NCBI GenBank assembly: GCA_035466375.1
Contig: DATIVB010000056.1
Coordinates: 10,075-74,074 of the forward strand
Reading direction: 5' to 3'
Length of the DNA: 64,000 nt
Source of the DNA: Chondromyces sp.
GTDB lineage: Bacteria; Acidobacteriota; Thermoanaerobaculia; Thermoanaerobaculales; Sulfomarinibacteraceae
In this document: piece after piece, positions 25,741 through 35,757 of the stretch
Numbering within the stretch: the stretch's first letter is position 1
Layout of the letters: every line of letters begins with the position of its first letter
Notes under the pieces: generated by a model
What the model was told of the DNA's origin: nothing
Seen by the model: only the letters and a program-made list of their open reading frames with translations
The model's database searches: none
Position numbers and translations under genes: made by a program

Positions 25741-26288
25741 CAGAGCTCGGGAGTGATCAATCCCAGGTTTCTGTCATCGCGACGGTACAGAACGTTGATC
25801 CGATCGGTGGTGGCATTGCGGAAGACCAGGAAGCCCTGCCCCAGGTCGTCGAGTTGGAGGACCGCCTCCTCGATCGACATCGGCTTGATGGCGATCGAGC
25901 TGCGCTCGACGATCCGCGGCTCGCCGGACGCGATCGACTCGCTCTCGAGGACGTCGAGCGTCCATCCCTGGTCGACCTTGGCTTCCGAGCCGGCGCGTTT
26001 CTTGTGGTCCTTGAGCCGCGCTTTGGCGCGCCGAGCCTGGATCTCCAGCTTGTCCACCGCCTCCTGAATGGCGGCCGTCATGTCCTTGTTCTGGGTCCTC
26101 GATTGGACGTCGAAGTCCTTGCCCTTGATCGACAGGTCGACGACGTGCAGGTGGCGCTCGAGGCCGACCTCCAGCCGGATGTCCAGGATGTCGTTGAAGT
26201 ACTTGGAGATCCTGGCCAGCTTCTTCTCGGCCAGCTGCTTCGATTGATCGGTCAGGACGACTTTTCGGGCGATGTAGTCGACTTTCAT
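25740..26288 (-). CDS. hpf: Ribosome hibernation promoting factor (long HPF)
   Basis: It has an N-terminal S30AE/YfiA domain (LTDQSKQLAEKKLARISKYF) and a C-terminal dimerisation domain (IAIKPMSIEEAVLQLDDLGQGFLVFRN). Confidence 0.9.
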   Translation of the reverse strand: MKVDYIARKVVLTDQSKQLAEKKLARISKYFNDILDIRLEVGLERHLHVVDLSIKGKDFDVQSRTQNKDMTAAIQEAVDKLEIQARRAKARLKDHKKRAGSEAKVDQGWTLDVLESESIASGEPRIVERSSIAIKPMSIEEAVLQLDDLGQGFLVFRNATTDRINVLYRRDDRNLGLITPEL

Positions 26289-26301
26289 GGCATTCTCCCG
26301 T

Positions 26302-27795
26302 TCAGAATATCTTCTTCCGCTTGTCCGACGAGGGGATCATCATCTCCTCGCGGTACTTGGCGACGGTGCGCCGCGCGAGCCTGATGCCTTCCTTCTGCAG
26401 CATCCGCATGATCTTGGAATCGGACAGGGGGCGTTCCGGGTCCTCGGCCTCGATCAGCTTGCGGATCCGCTCCTTGACCACCATCGACGAGATGTTCTCG
26501 CCCCGCGCGGAGTCCACCCCGGAGTGGAAGAAGTACTTCATCGGAAACATCCCACGCGGGGTGTACATGTACTTGTTGCTGACCACCCTGGAGATCGTCG
26601 ACTCGTGCATGCCGATGTCCTCGGCCACCTGGCGCAGAACCATCGGTCGCAGGTGCTCGATCCCGTGGTCGAGAAAATCGCTCTGGAAGCTGACGATGCT
26701 CTGCGCCACCTTGTAGATCGTTCGCTGGCGCTGGTCGATGCTCTTCATCAGCCACAACGCCGAGCGCATCTTGTCCCGCAGGTACTCGTTGGCCTGCGGG
26801 TCCAGGCTGCGGCCCTTGAGCAGATTGTGGTAGCGGGAGTTGATGCGCAGCCTGGGGAGACCGTCGTCGTTGAGCGTGATGACGTGCTCTCCGTCCACCT
26901 TGCGCACGTAGACGTCGGGTTCGATGTACTGGTTGTCGTCCCGGGTGTAGGCGCGCCCGGGCTTCGGCTCCAGGCTCTGGATGACGTCCAGGATCGGCCG
27001 CAACTCCGCGACCTCCGCACACCCGATCGCCGCCGCGAGCGGATCCCAACGTTGGTGCAGGAGATCGTCCCAGCAGTTCGAGATCGCCAGCCGGGCTCGC
27101 TCCAGCACCTCGATCTGCTCGGGCTCGGTGCAGTCCCGCAGCAGCTGCTCCACCTGCGCCGCGAGGCACTCCTGGAGGTTCGAAGCCGCGATCCCCGGCG
27201 GGTCGAGCGAGCGCACCACCTCGACGGCGGCCATGGCGCAGGCCTCGCCGCAGCCCGTCCCATCCATGATCTCCTCGGTCGAGGCGCGCAGGAAACCGTC
27301 TTCGTCGAGGTTGCCGATGATGAACTCGCAGGCCTCCAGGATCTCCGGCGGACAGTCGAGGAGATGGAGCTGCCACAGCAGGTGGTCGTACAGGCTCCCG
27401 CTCGCGGAGACGATGTTCTCGAGCCGGTTGTCCTGCTCGGTCGACGGCGCCGACATCGACGGGCCCTCGTTGCGGGCGTCGCCCAGGTAATCGGCGAAGA
27501 AGGCCTCGACGTCGATGTCGGCGTAGGTCTCCTCCTCCGACGGCAGCCCGTCGTCCGCTGGCGCCGCGGTCTCGGCGGTCGCCTCGTCCCCGGGGCCGTC
27601 GAGCTGGCCTTCGCCGGCGACCGCGTCGTCGGGCGGTTCGTCGTCCTCGAGCATCGGGTTCTCGAGGATCTCCTGCGCGAGCGTCTCCTCGAGCTCCAGC
27701 CGCGACAGCTGGAGCAGCTTGATCGCCTGCTGCAGCGACGGTGTCATCACCAGCCGCTGCGCCAGCTTCAAGCGGAGTTTCTGTTCCAATGCCAT
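26302..27795 (-). CDS. rpoN: RNA polymerase sigma-54 factor
   Basis: It has an N-terminal Gln/Leu region (MALEQKLRLKLAQRLVMTPSLQQAIKLLQLS), a core-binding region, an HTH (QVAEDIGMHESTISRV) and the RpoN box ARRTVAKYR. Confidence 0.96.
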   Translation of the reverse strand: MALEQKLRLKLAQRLVMTPSLQQAIKLLQLSRLELEETLAQEILENPMLEDDEPPDDAVAGEGQLDGPGDEATAETAAPADDGLPSEEETYADIDVEAFFADYLGDARNEGPSMSAPSTEQDNRLENIVSASGSLYDHLLWQLHLLDCPPEILEACEFIIGNLDEDGFLRASTEEIMDGTGCGEACAMAAVEVVRSLDPPGIAASNLQECLAAQVEQLLRDCTEPEQIEVLERARLAISNCWDDLLHQRWDPLAAAIGCAEVAELRPILDVIQSLEPKPGRAYTRDDNQYIEPDVYVRKVDGEHVITLNDDGLPRLRINSRYHNLLKGRSLDPQANEYLRDKMRSALWLMKSIDQRQRTIYKVAQSIVSFQSDFLDHGIEHLRPMVLRQVAEDIGMHESTISRVVSNKYMYTPRGMFPMKYFFHSGVDSARGENISSMVVKERIRKLIEAEDPERPLSDSKIMRMLQKEGIRLARRTVAKYREEMMIPSSDKRKKIF

Positions 27796-27875
27796 GTTCG
27801 TATCAGCACCTCGTCAGCGACGGGCGACCGTGTCGCGCTTCTCGGGACCCGGCGGCGACCTCGAGCCTTCGCGGC

Positions 27876-28610
27876 TCAGAGTCTGAAGTCCTCGCCGAGG
27901 TAGATTCGACGCACATCCAGGTTTTCAGACAGATCGACCGGCTCGCCCGTAGCAAAAATCTTGCCGTCTTTGATTATATAGGCGCGATCCGTGATCTTCA
28001 ATGTCTCGCGAACGTTGTGATCCGTAATTAAAACACCTATACCCAATGACTTGAGCCTTCGAATGATGCGCTGGAGGTCGAGCACCGCGAGCGGGTCGAT
28101 GCCGGCGAAGGGCTCGTCGAGGAGAATGAAGGTCGGTTCGGTGGCCAGCGCGCGCGCGACCTCGAGCCGCCGGCGTTCGCCGCCGGAGAGGGTCTCGGCG
28201 CGCTGCCCGTGCAGGTTGGCGAGGCCGAAGTCCTCGAGCAGGTTCCGGATCCTGCGGTGAGCCTCCTTGGCATCGACGCCGAGCGCCTCGAGGATCAGCC
28301 AGATGTTGTCCTCCACCGTCAGGCGCCGGAACGAGCTCGGCTCCTGCGCCAGGTACGAGACACCCATCCGGGCCCTGCGGTACATGGGCTCGTGCGTGAT
28401 CTCGCGGTCGCCGAGGATGACCCGGCCCTCGTCGGGGCGCACCAATCCGACCATCATGTAGAAGGTGGTCGTCTTGCCTGCGCCGTTGGGCCCCAGCAGC
28501 CCGACGATTTCTCCCGGCGCGATGTCGAGGGTGATGTCGTCGACCACCCAGCGCCCGCGGTAGGCCTTGCGCAAGCCCTTCGCCGCCAGGTCGAGCGCTT
28601 TCGGGCTCAA
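27876..28610 (-). CDS. lptB: LPS export ABC transporter ATP-binding protein LptB
   Basis: The TTG start at 28610 forms a TTGA overlap with the upstream stop. Motifs are [31 protein letters not shown] and [12 protein letters not shown]. The longer 27876-29132 ORF is not supported upstream of the TTG. Confidence 0.9.
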   Translation of the reverse strand: MSPKALDLAAKGLRKAYRGRWVVDDITLDIAPGEIVGLLGPNGAGKTTTFYMMVGLVRPDEGRVILGDREITHEPMYRRARMGVSYLAQEPSSFRRLTVEDNIWLILEALGVDAKEAHRRIRNLLEDFGLANLHGQRAETLSGGERRRLEVARALATEPTFILLDEPFAGIDPLAVLDLQRIIRRLKSLGIGVLITDHNVRETLKITDRAYIIKDGKIFATGEPVDLSENLDVRRIYLGEDFRL

Positions 28611-30559
28611 GGCCGCTCCTCCGGGAAGTAGATGGTCTCGGTCCCTCCGGTGACCGAGACCGTACCATCGGCCTGATTCCAGGTCAACGAAGACCCCGAG
28701 ACCTCGTTGCCGCGGGGGTCGGCGATCTTCACCGGCGAGCCGGTCACCGTCACCAGCTGGGTGCTGGTCTCGCGCCGCGCGAACTGCCCGGTCATGCGAC
28801 GCCCCGTCTCCAGGATGACGATCTCCACCGCCCCGACAGCCTCCACCGCCGCGATGTCGTCGTTGTCGTCGAAGAAAATGCTCAGCTCGGCCGCAGCCAG
28901 CGTGTGCTCCGGGTCCGAGTACCGGACGTTGCCGCGGTACACCGCCGAGGCCACGGCCTGGTCGTAGTCGAGCGACCTCGCCACCACCACGACGTCCGCG
29001 CCGGGCTCGCCCTCGACCCCGAACTCGGCGGCCGGAAAGGTCGTTCGAACGTGACCCGAGGCGCGCAGGCTCACCGGATCGGCGTGGTGGAGGACCACGT
29101 CGTCGGCGAGCAGCAGGCGGTGCCCTTGCCACAGTCGGGCCGATCCGCTCAGGTGGTAGACCGACCCTTCCTCCGTCACCTCGAGTGTGTCGCTGGCGAA
29201 GTGCGCGGGCTGGCCGGCGGCCGCGTCGGCGCCGCCCACCAGTGACACGTCGCGAATCTCGCCCTGCACGTTGCCGCGGGCCTCGGACCTCCCCTCACGG
29301 TTGAAGAGCTGCGCCTGATCGCAGCTCAGCCGCCCCCGCTCGGACGTCAGCAGCACCCGTTCCGGTCCGGTGGGGTCGCCGTGCAGCATGACCAGGCCGG
29401 CCTGCGGCGCCATGCGGGCCCGGTGCCCCCTCGCCTCCACTCCCTCGCTGCGGACCATGACGTTGCGCAGCAGCTCCACGTCCGTCGCGCGGCCGTCGGC
29501 GAACCACACCCGGGCGGCGACGGACTCTCCCAGTCGGACCGCGCCTTCGGTCGGGACCTCTCGAATGCAGACGCCTCCCTCCGCACGCAGGTTCACGAGC
29601 CCTTCCGGGCCCAGCGCTGCGCGCATGACCCAGCTCTCCAGCTCGCGCTCGAAGTACCCCTCGCCGCCGACGAAGCGCACCCGGACCCAGGGTCCGGTGG
29701 TCGTGGCGTCCACCTGCCAACGCCCGGCGCCGTCGCGGACGGCGACGACACGCTCCATCCAGGCCTCGACTTCGCCGCCGCCGTCCGGCGTCAGCGAGCG
29801 GGCCTCGACCCCGCCCGACATCTCCACCCTCCGCGGCGGGCCTTCGCCGGGCTCGAGGTCCGCCGCCATCGCCGGCGCCTCGATCCGGGTGTCCGCGAAG
29901 CGGAGCTCGGCGCCCTCGGGGAAGGCCACCCTGCCCCGCGTGCGCTCGTAGACAGTCCGCGGAGCGATCAGGGTGGCGCCTTCTCCGGTGTGGAGGGTCG
30001 TCCCCCCGTCGAGGACGATCTCATCCCGCTCGAGGTCGTAGCTGGCGCTCCCCGCCCGGCCGAAGGTCGCGCCGGAGACGAATCGCACCTCTGCGCCGGC
30101 CGTGAAGACGCGTGAGCTCGCGGAGAAGCTGCCGGCGTCGGTGGTCAGGCTGGCGCCGCTCGGCAGCTCCAGTCGCACGCTCCCCGCGAGCTCCGCGTCA
30201 CGCGTCTGAATGTTGAACCGGGCGCCGTCGCAGGTCAGGACCGGCCCCGGCTCACCGTCGCGGTAGAACTGCAGGCGCACGCCCTCGATCTCGTGCCAGC
30301 CGGATGACAGGCCGAGGGTCCGCTTGGACAGCAGCCGGAAGATCTCGCGCCCCGCGACCCGCTCGACGAACTCGAACCCCGTGTAGATGCCGACCGCCCG
30401 GTCGCCGTCGCCGTTGCTGATCTGGTCGCCGTCGAGCGCTTCGATGGGCGTCTTCAGCAGCCGCAGGCGGTCGGCGATGAAGCCGCCGAGGGTCAGGAGG
30501 AGGAGGACGATCCCGGCCGCGCTCACCCTGCGGATCCAACGCCGCGATGCGACGCTCAT
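28607..30559 (-). CDS. Membrane-anchored periplasmic protein with LptC-like and OstA/LptA-like beta-jellyroll modules (650 aa)
   Basis: It has an N-terminal anchor ([15 protein letters not shown]) followed by repeated beta-strand-rich segments. The C-terminal part ([26 protein letters not shown]...[36 protein letters not shown]) resembles LptA/OstA_N. Its position directly upstream of lptB-rpoN matches the usual lptC-lptA slot. Confidence 0.6.
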   Translation of the reverse strand: MSVASRRWIRRVSAAGIVLLLLTLGGFIADRLRLLKTPIEALDGDQISNGDGDRAVGIYTGFEFVERVAGREIFRLLSKRTLGLSSGWHEIEGVRLQFYRDGEPGPVLTCDGARFNIQTRDAELAGSVRLELPSGASLTTDAGSFSASSRVFTAGAEVRFVSGATFGRAGSASYDLERDEIVLDGGTTLHTGEGATLIAPRTVYERTRGRVAFPEGAELRFADTRIEAPAMAADLEPGEGPPRRVEMSGGVEARSLTPDGGGEVEAWMERVVAVRDGAGRWQVDATTTGPWVRVRFVGGEGYFERELESWVMRAALGPEGLVNLRAEGGVCIREVPTEGAVRLGESVAARVWFADGRATDVELLRNVMVRSEGVEARGHRARMAPQAGLVMLHGDPTGPERVLLTSERGRLSCDQAQLFNREGRSEARGNVQGEIRDVSLVGGADAAAGQPAHFASDTLEVTEEGSVYHLSGSARLWQGHRLLLADDVVLHHADPVSLRASGHVRTTFPAAEFGVEGEPGADVVVVARSLDYDQAVASAVYRGNVRYSDPEHTLAAAELSIFFDDNDDIAAVEAVGAVEIVILETGRRMTGQFARRETSTQLVTVTGSPVKIADPRGNEVSGSSLTWNQADGTVSVTGGTETIYFPEERP

Positions 30560-30647
30560 CGCCGCCGCTCCGAGGGCGTCCGGGCCCCGCCGAGTGCGCG
30601 CCGCGTCGGGGACTGGAGCTCACTGGAACGGTGCATCGACTCGCCGA

Positions 30648-31604
30648 TCAACGGTCGCTGAAGATCCCCATCGCCCTGAACTTCTTGTAGCGTCGGGCCA
30701 TGAGCGCATCCGGCTTGACCTTGCGCAGGGCGCGCAGGTTGCGCTGGATCGCGGCCGCAATGGTCTCGGCCATCCGCGGCGGATCCATGTGGGCGCCGCC
30801 CGGGGGCTCGGGTAGGATCTCGTCGATCACGCGGAACCCCTTGAGGTCTTTGGCGGTCAGGCGCAGGGCCCGGGCGGCGTCCTCGGCGCGGGCCTGGTCC
30901 TTCCACAGGATCGCGGCGCAGCCCTCGGGCGAGATCACCGAGTAGATGGCGTGCTCGAGCATCAGCACGCGGTCGCCGATCCCCAGCGCGAGAGCACCCC
31001 CCGAGCCACCCTCCCCGGTCACGATGACGATGACCGGTACCGGCAGAGCGGCCATCTCGATCAAGTTGTTGGCGATCGCCTCGGCCTGGCCCCGTTCCTC
31101 GGCGTCGATCCCCGGGTAGGCGCCCGGCGTGTCGACGAAGGAGATGATCGGCCGCCGGAAGCGGGCCCCCATCTGCATCACCCGCAGCGCCTTCCGATAG
31201 CCCTCGGGCCGCGGCATGCCGAAGTTGCGCCGCAGCTTCTCGGCCGTGTCGCGGCCCTTCTGGTGGCCGACCACGACCACTGGTTCGCCTTGGAAGCGGG
31301 CGAGGCCGGCGACCACCGCGGCGTCGTCGGCGTAGCGTCGGTCTCCGTGGAGCTCCGTGAAGTCGGTGAAGATGCTGTGCGTGTACGCCAGGGTGTGGGG
31401 ACGTTCCGCGTGCCGCGCGAGCTGGCACTGCTGCCACGGCGTGAGGGAGGAAAACACCTGCTTGATCGTCGCTTCGAGCTCGTGCCGGGCGATCTCGAGG
31501 TCCTCGGCGGTATGCGGGTCCGAGGTGCCCGCAGACTCCAGCTCGAGCACGCGCGCGCGCAACTCCTGGATCGTGTCGAGAAACTGTGGCGTCGGTGCAG
31601 CCAT
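30648..31604 (-). CDS. accA: Acetyl-CoA carboxylase carboxyltransferase subunit alpha
   Basis: 318 aa. Motifs are RPHTLAYT, FVDTPGAYPGIDAEERGQAEAIANNL and GEGGSGGALALG. Confidence 0.95.
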   Translation of the reverse strand: MAAPTPQFLDTIQELRARVLELESAGTSDPHTAEDLEIARHELEATIKQVFSSLTPWQQCQLARHAERPHTLAYTHSIFTDFTELHGDRRYADDAAVVAGLARFQGEPVVVVGHQKGRDTAEKLRRNFGMPRPEGYRKALRVMQMGARFRRPIISFVDTPGAYPGIDAEERGQAEAIANNLIEMAALPVPVIVIVTGEGGSGGALALGIGDRVLMLEHAIYSVISPEGCAAILWKDQARAEDAARALRLTAKDLKGFRVIDEILPEPPGGAHMDPPRMAETIAAAIQRNLRALRKVKPDALMARRYKKFRAMGIFSDR

Positions 31605-31641
31605 CCCGCGACTCTACCCTTAAACGTCCCCGAAATCCACT

Positions 31642-33339
31642 TCAGGGCGCAGCCGGCCGCTGCTTTTGGCGCACCAGAGGCGACAGATAATCGTCTGGTG
31701 GGGCGAAGCCGAGCATGAGGAGCAGGGTCGGCGCGAGATGGGCGATGCCGGGTTCGGGCGGGAGCTCCGGGTTGGGCTCGAAGCGCTCCGCCATCTCGCC
31801 GCTCAGGCACCAGGGCACAGGCGACAGGGTGTGGCTGGTCTTGAGCTGCGGCCGTCCATGAAGGTCGCGCTTGACGGCCCCGCTCTCAGTGTCCACTTCC
31901 CACATCATCTCGAGGTTGCCGTGGTCGGCGGTCACGATCAGGGTCGCCCCGGCGCTCCGCGCTGCGGTCTCGATCCTGCCCACGCACTCGTCGACGACCT
32001 CCATCGCCCGCACTGCGGCCGCCAGAGAGCCGGTGTGGCCCACCATGTCCCCATTGGCGAAGTTGGCGCGAATGAAGCGGTGCGAGCGGGCGTTCAGGCT
32101 GTCGACGACGACCTGGCAGACCTCGCGCGCCTTCATCTCCGGTTGGCGGTCGAAGGGCAGGTCGTCGCTTGGAACCTCGACCCAGGTTTCCATCGAGCGG
32201 TCGAAAGGCTCGGAGTTGTTGCCGTTCCAGAAGTAGGTCACGTGGCCGAACTTCTGGGTCTCCGCCGTCGCCAACTGCGTGATGCCGTTGTGCGCCAGGT
32301 ACTCCGAGACCGTGCGCGAGATCGCGGGCGGGCTCACGAGGTAGCGCGGCGGGATCTTGAGATCGCCGTCGTACTCCATCATCCCGGCGTACAGCACGTC
32401 CGGCGTGCGACCGCGGTCGAAGACGTCGAAGTCCTCCTCGGTGAAGGCGCGGGAGATCTCGATCGCCCGGTCGCCGCGGAAGTTGAAGAACACCACCGAG
32501 TCGCCGTCTCGCATGGGGCCCAGCGGCAGGCCGTCGGGATCCGTGATCACGAAAGGCGGCAGGTCCTGGTCGATGATGTCGGGGTGCTCCCGCCGCAGGG
32601 TCTCCACCGCTTCCAAGGCGCTGCGAAACGGCCGCGCGTCGCCGTGCACGTGGGTCTCCCAGCCCCGGCGCACCATCTTCCAGTCGGCGCCGTAGCGGTC
32701 CATGGTGATCTTCATCCGCCCGCCGCCCGACGCCACCGCGGCGTCGGTGCCGGCGGCGCGGACCTCGGCGAGCACCTCCTCGAGGCGCTCCAGGTAACGG
32801 TGGTAGGACACCGGCTCGACGTCGCGTCCGTCCGCGAGCGCGTGAACCCGGACTCGCGCGACGCCCTCCTCCGCCAGCCTGCGGATCAGAGCCGTGAGGT
32901 GGTCGATGTGGCTGTGGACGTTGCCGTCGGAAAGCAGCCCCACCAGGTGGAAGGTACCACCGCGGGCCTTGACCCGGTCGACGAGCTCGCGCCAGCTCGA
33001 GCCCGCGAACAACGTACCGTCGGCGATGGCGCCGTTGACGAGCCGCGCGCCCTGCTCGAAGATCCGCCCCGCGCCCATCGCATTGTGGCCGACCTCCGAG
33101 TTGCCCATGTCGGCGTCGCTCGGCAGACCGACCGCCGTACCGTGCGCTTTGAGCTTCATGAAGACCCGCGCCTCGGCGAACAGGCGGTCGAGGTGGGGGG
33201 TTGCCGCGAGGTCGTAGGCGTTGCCCTCGTAACCCTCGGCCCGGCCCTTGAACAAGCCGACGCCGTCCAGAATCAACAGCACCAGCTGACCTGGAACTCC
33301 TGCGAAACCGGCGTGCGGCTCGAGCTTGAATGCGTCCAT
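31642..33339 (-). CDS. gpmI: 2,3-bisphosphoglycerate-independent phosphoglycerate mutase
   Basis: ATG at 33339 (MDAFKLEP). Motifs are LLILDGVG, GNSEVGHNAMGAGR, FANGDMVGHTG and TADHGN. Confidence 0.93.
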   Translation of the reverse strand: MDAFKLEPHAGFAGVPGQLVLLILDGVGLFKGRAEGYEGNAYDLAATPHLDRLFAEARVFMKLKAHGTAVGLPSDADMGNSEVGHNAMGAGRIFEQGARLVNGAIADGTLFAGSSWRELVDRVKARGGTFHLVGLLSDGNVHSHIDHLTALIRRLAEEGVARVRVHALADGRDVEPVSYHRYLERLEEVLAEVRAAGTDAAVASGGGRMKITMDRYGADWKMVRRGWETHVHGDARPFRSALEAVETLRREHPDIIDQDLPPFVITDPDGLPLGPMRDGDSVVFFNFRGDRAIEISRAFTEEDFDVFDRGRTPDVLYAGMMEYDGDLKIPPRYLVSPPAISRTVSEYLAHNGITQLATAETQKFGHVTYFWNGNNSEPFDRSMETWVEVPSDDLPFDRQPEMKAREVCQVVVDSLNARSHRFIRANFANGDMVGHTGSLAAAVRAMEVVDECVGRIETAARSAGATLIVTADHGNLEMMWEVDTESGAVKRDLHGRPQLKTSHTLSPVPWCLSGEMAERFEPNPELPPEPGIAHLAPTLLLMLGFAPPDDYLSPLVRQKQRPAAP

Positions 33340-33377
33340 CGGATCCTCCGTGCCTGTCAACCGCTCTGTCGGGGCGG

Positions 33378-34193
33378 TCATTCCTCGGCCGCGCCGAGCC
33401 CCCACGCCCTCTGCAGGCGCCGGACGGCCTCGACGAAACCCTGCGGACCGGGGCTGGCGATCCGCTGCACCCCGGCCGGCACGGCTGCGGCTTCGACCGC
33501 GTCGCCGAGGAGGAAGCCGAGCTCGACCCGCTCGAGCATCGGCAGATCGTTCCAGGCGTCGCCGACCGCCGCCGTCGCCTCAGGACGCCCGGCCGGCCAG
33601 GAATCGCACAACGCGGCGACGGCGGTGCCCTTGTCGACCCCCGCGCCGAGAAGGTGCCAGAAGCGCCCCCCGCGAGCGATCTCGGCCCCGTGCGCGCCTG
33701 CCGTCTCCCGCATCAGCTCGAGCTCCCGGGTACCGAGCTCACCGAGCGCGACGAAGGGTTCGGAACCCGAGCGCTGCATCGCCCGGGCGGCGGCGGCCGC
33801 CGTCAAGCCCGTGCGGCTGCACACTTCCTCCACCGTCATCTGTGACATGCCGCGAACAGGCAGCGCCAGACGCTGCATCTCGCGCAACACCTCGAGCAGG
33901 GCCGCTCTCGGCGGCCCGATCAGGCTCTGACGCCCGCTCTCCCCGAGCACCACGGCGCCCCCCTCCGTCACCGCGGGGCCCGTCAGCCCGAGCTCCGCCA
34001 TCAGCGGCGCCACCTCCGCGGCGGTCTTCGAGCTCACGGGCACCACCGCCACCCCCGCCGCCTCGAGCGCCCGCAGGGCCGCTCTCGCCTCGTCCGTCGG
34101 CTGGTAGCTGTGAAAATCGATCAGGGTCCCGTCGAGGTCGGAGAAGAGCGCGAATCGGGGACTCTGCGGTCGGCGCGAGAACGGCGCCTTCAC
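33378..34193 (-). CDS. HAD-IIB family phosphatase (mannosyl-/glucosyl-3-phosphoglycerate phosphatase-like)
   Basis: Motifs are LFSDLDGTLIDF (HAD motif I), VPVSSKT (motif II) and GDAWNDLPML (motif IV). The start is placed at the GTG at 34193, 4 nt after the PP2C stop. The ORF maximum extends to 34250. Confidence 0.7.
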   Translation of the reverse strand: MKAPFSRRPQSPRFALFSDLDGTLIDFHSYQPTDEARAALRALEAAGVAVVPVSSKTAAEVAPLMAELGLTGPAVTEGGAVVLGESGRQSLIGPPRAALLEVLREMQRLALPVRGMSQMTVEEVCSRTGLTAAAAARAMQRSGSEPFVALGELGTRELELMRETAGAHGAEIARGGRFWHLLGAGVDKGTAVAALCDSWPAGRPEATAAVGDAWNDLPMLERVELGFLLGDAVEAAAVPAGVQRIASPGPQGFVEAVRRLQRAWGLGAAEE

Positions 34194-34197
34194 GGAC

Positions 34198-35004
34198 TCA
34201 CGCCGGTTGCTCGGGCACCTGCTTCGGCCGCAGCAGCACCACGCTGACATTGTCGTTGCCGCCCCGCTGGTTGGCGGCGCTGATCAGCCGCTCGCAGGTT
34301 TCCTCGAGGGACCCCTCGGGCTCGAGCAGGCCCGCGATCTCGTCGTCCGTGAGCATGGAGTTGAGGCCGTCCGAGCACAGCAGGAAGAGATCGCCCTTCT
34401 CGAAGGCCACCTCGCGCACGTCGACCCGGGGTTCGCTACTTCCCCCGAGGGCCTGGGTGACGACGTTCTTCAGCGGGTGGGTGCGGGCCGCCTCCTCGGA
34501 GAGAAACCCGGCCGCCACCTGCTCGTGGACCCAGGAGTGGTCGCTGGTCAGGAGGTGGAGGTGGCCATCGCGGAGGCAGTATGCGCGGCTGTCTCCGACG
34601 TGGCAGATGACCAGCGTCTTCTTGCCCAGTTCGTGCACCGCCACCACGACGGTCGTCCCCATGCCCTTGAGGTCCATGTCGTCGTTCATCACATCGGTGA
34701 CGCGATGATGGCCGGCGACGACAGCGTCGACGAGCAGGTTCGCGGCGGCGCTGCGCCTGGGGTCCCAGTGCTCGGGCCAGTCTTCGCCGCTGCCCTGCCT
34801 GAATATCCGCAGGATCTCCTCGGCCGCCACCCGCGACGCCACCTCGCCCGCCGCGTGCCCGCCCATGCCGTCGGCAACCAGGTAGAGATCGTGCTCGGGG
34901 TCGAGAACGAAGACATCCTCATTGATGCGGCGCTTCATGCCGACGTCGGTCTTCCCCGTCGCCTCGATCTCGAATCGACCGTTTGCAGGTCCGACCACCC
35001 TCAC
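34198..35004 (-). CDS. PP2C-family Ser/Thr protein phosphatase
   Basis: Motifs are GKTDVGMKRRINEDVF, VADGMGGHAAGEVAS, LLCSDGL and GGNDNVSVVLL. The start is uncertain: GTG at 35004 or 34998, the latter preceded by GAGGTGAG. The ORF-track ATG at 35091 would overlap the upstream gene. Confidence 0.85.
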   Translation of the reverse strand: MRVVGPANGRFEIEATGKTDVGMKRRINEDVFVLDPEHDLYLVADGMGGHAAGEVASRVAAEEILRIFRQGSGEDWPEHWDPRRSAAANLLVDAVVAGHHRVTDVMNDDMDLKGMGTTVVVAVHELGKKTLVICHVGDSRAYCLRDGHLHLLTSDHSWVHEQVAAGFLSEEAARTHPLKNVVTQALGGSSEPRVDVREVAFEKGDLFLLCSDGLNSMLTDDEIAGLLEPEGSLEETCERLISAANQRGGNDNVSVVLLRPKQVPEQPA

Positions 35005-35005
35005 C

Positions 35006-35671
35006 TCAATTCCGGCGCCTGAAACGTTGCAGCAGGCCGCCGCCCTTTTCGCCGTCGGCGGCCTTCGCCTGGCTGAGCACCTCGCTCGCACGAGCGTTGG
35101 TCGGATCGAGGCCGAGGGCCTCGTCGGCGAGGCGTGCGGCGCGGCTCTTCATGCCCGCTGCCAGAGCCAGTGCGGAGGCCTCCGCCTTCATGGTCGCGTT
35201 ACCGGGCTCGAGCGACGCCGCCCGTTCCATGTGGCGCAGCGCGTCGGGCGCCTTGCTCGGGACCTTGCCGAGGGCGAGGCCGTAAAAATAGTGGGCCCGC
35301 GCGTTGTCGTCATCGTGGTCGATGGCGGCCTTGAGGGTCTCGAGGGCTTCGGCCACCTTCCCCTCGCGCAGGCACTGCGAGCCCTTGGCAGCCAGCCGCC
35401 GGGAGATTTCGCGCACGTCCATCGCCTGATTGTTGGTGCCCTTGGAGATCTCGATGTCGTACTTTTCACGGCTGCGTGGGTGGCTCAGGACGTTGAAAGC
35501 CTCGGTAATGCTCTGGAACCGTTCCTCGGCCGCCGACCTCTTGTCGCCCGAATAGCGATCCGGGTGGTGCTGCAGCGCGAGACGGCGGAATGCCCCCCGA
35601 ACCTGCTCGTCCGTCGCATCGCGCTCGATGCCCAGGGTGTCGTAATGGGTTAACTTGCGACGCATCCTCAC
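35006..35671 (-). CDS. J-domain (DnaJ-like) protein with C-terminal TPR repeats
   Basis: THYDTLGIERDATDEQVRGAFRRLALQHHPDRY carries the HPD motif. It is followed by TPR-like helices (AEALETLKAAIDHDDDNARAHYFYGLALGK). Confidence 0.8.
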   Translation of the reverse strand: MRMRRKLTHYDTLGIERDATDEQVRGAFRRLALQHHPDRYSGDKRSAAEERFQSITEAFNVLSHPRSREKYDIEISKGTNNQAMDVREISRRLAAKGSQCLREGKVAEALETLKAAIDHDDDNARAHYFYGLALGKVPSKAPDALRHMERAASLEPGNATMKAEASALALAAGMKSRAARLADEALGLDPTNARASEVLSQAKAADGEKGGGLLQRFRRRN

Positions 35672-35692
35672 TCACTCCAAGACTACGATTCG

Positions 35693-35721
35693 AAACTACC
35701 ACGTCCCTCAAACCCATGCAA
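35693..35721 (-). promoter_or_regulatory. Possible sigma-70-type promoter TTGCAT-N17-TAGTTT upstream of the J-domain gene
   Basis: The minus strand reads TTGCAT (35716-35721), a 17-nt spacer, then TAGTTT (35693-35698), about 20 nt upstream of the ORF start. Confidence 0.3.
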
Positions 35722-35757
35722 CGAAATCGGATCTCGGGCCGGAGCGCACCCGGACGA

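Noticed and set aside
31666-33930. 754-aa plus-strand ORF antisense to gpmI and the HAD phosphatase. The same applies to 51650-53854 (734 aa) antisense to the rhomboid gene and 13234-14919 antisense to lptFG.
   Set aside because: The reasoning is the same: strong motif support on the opposite strand, and an Arg/Pro/Gly-rich translation on this one.
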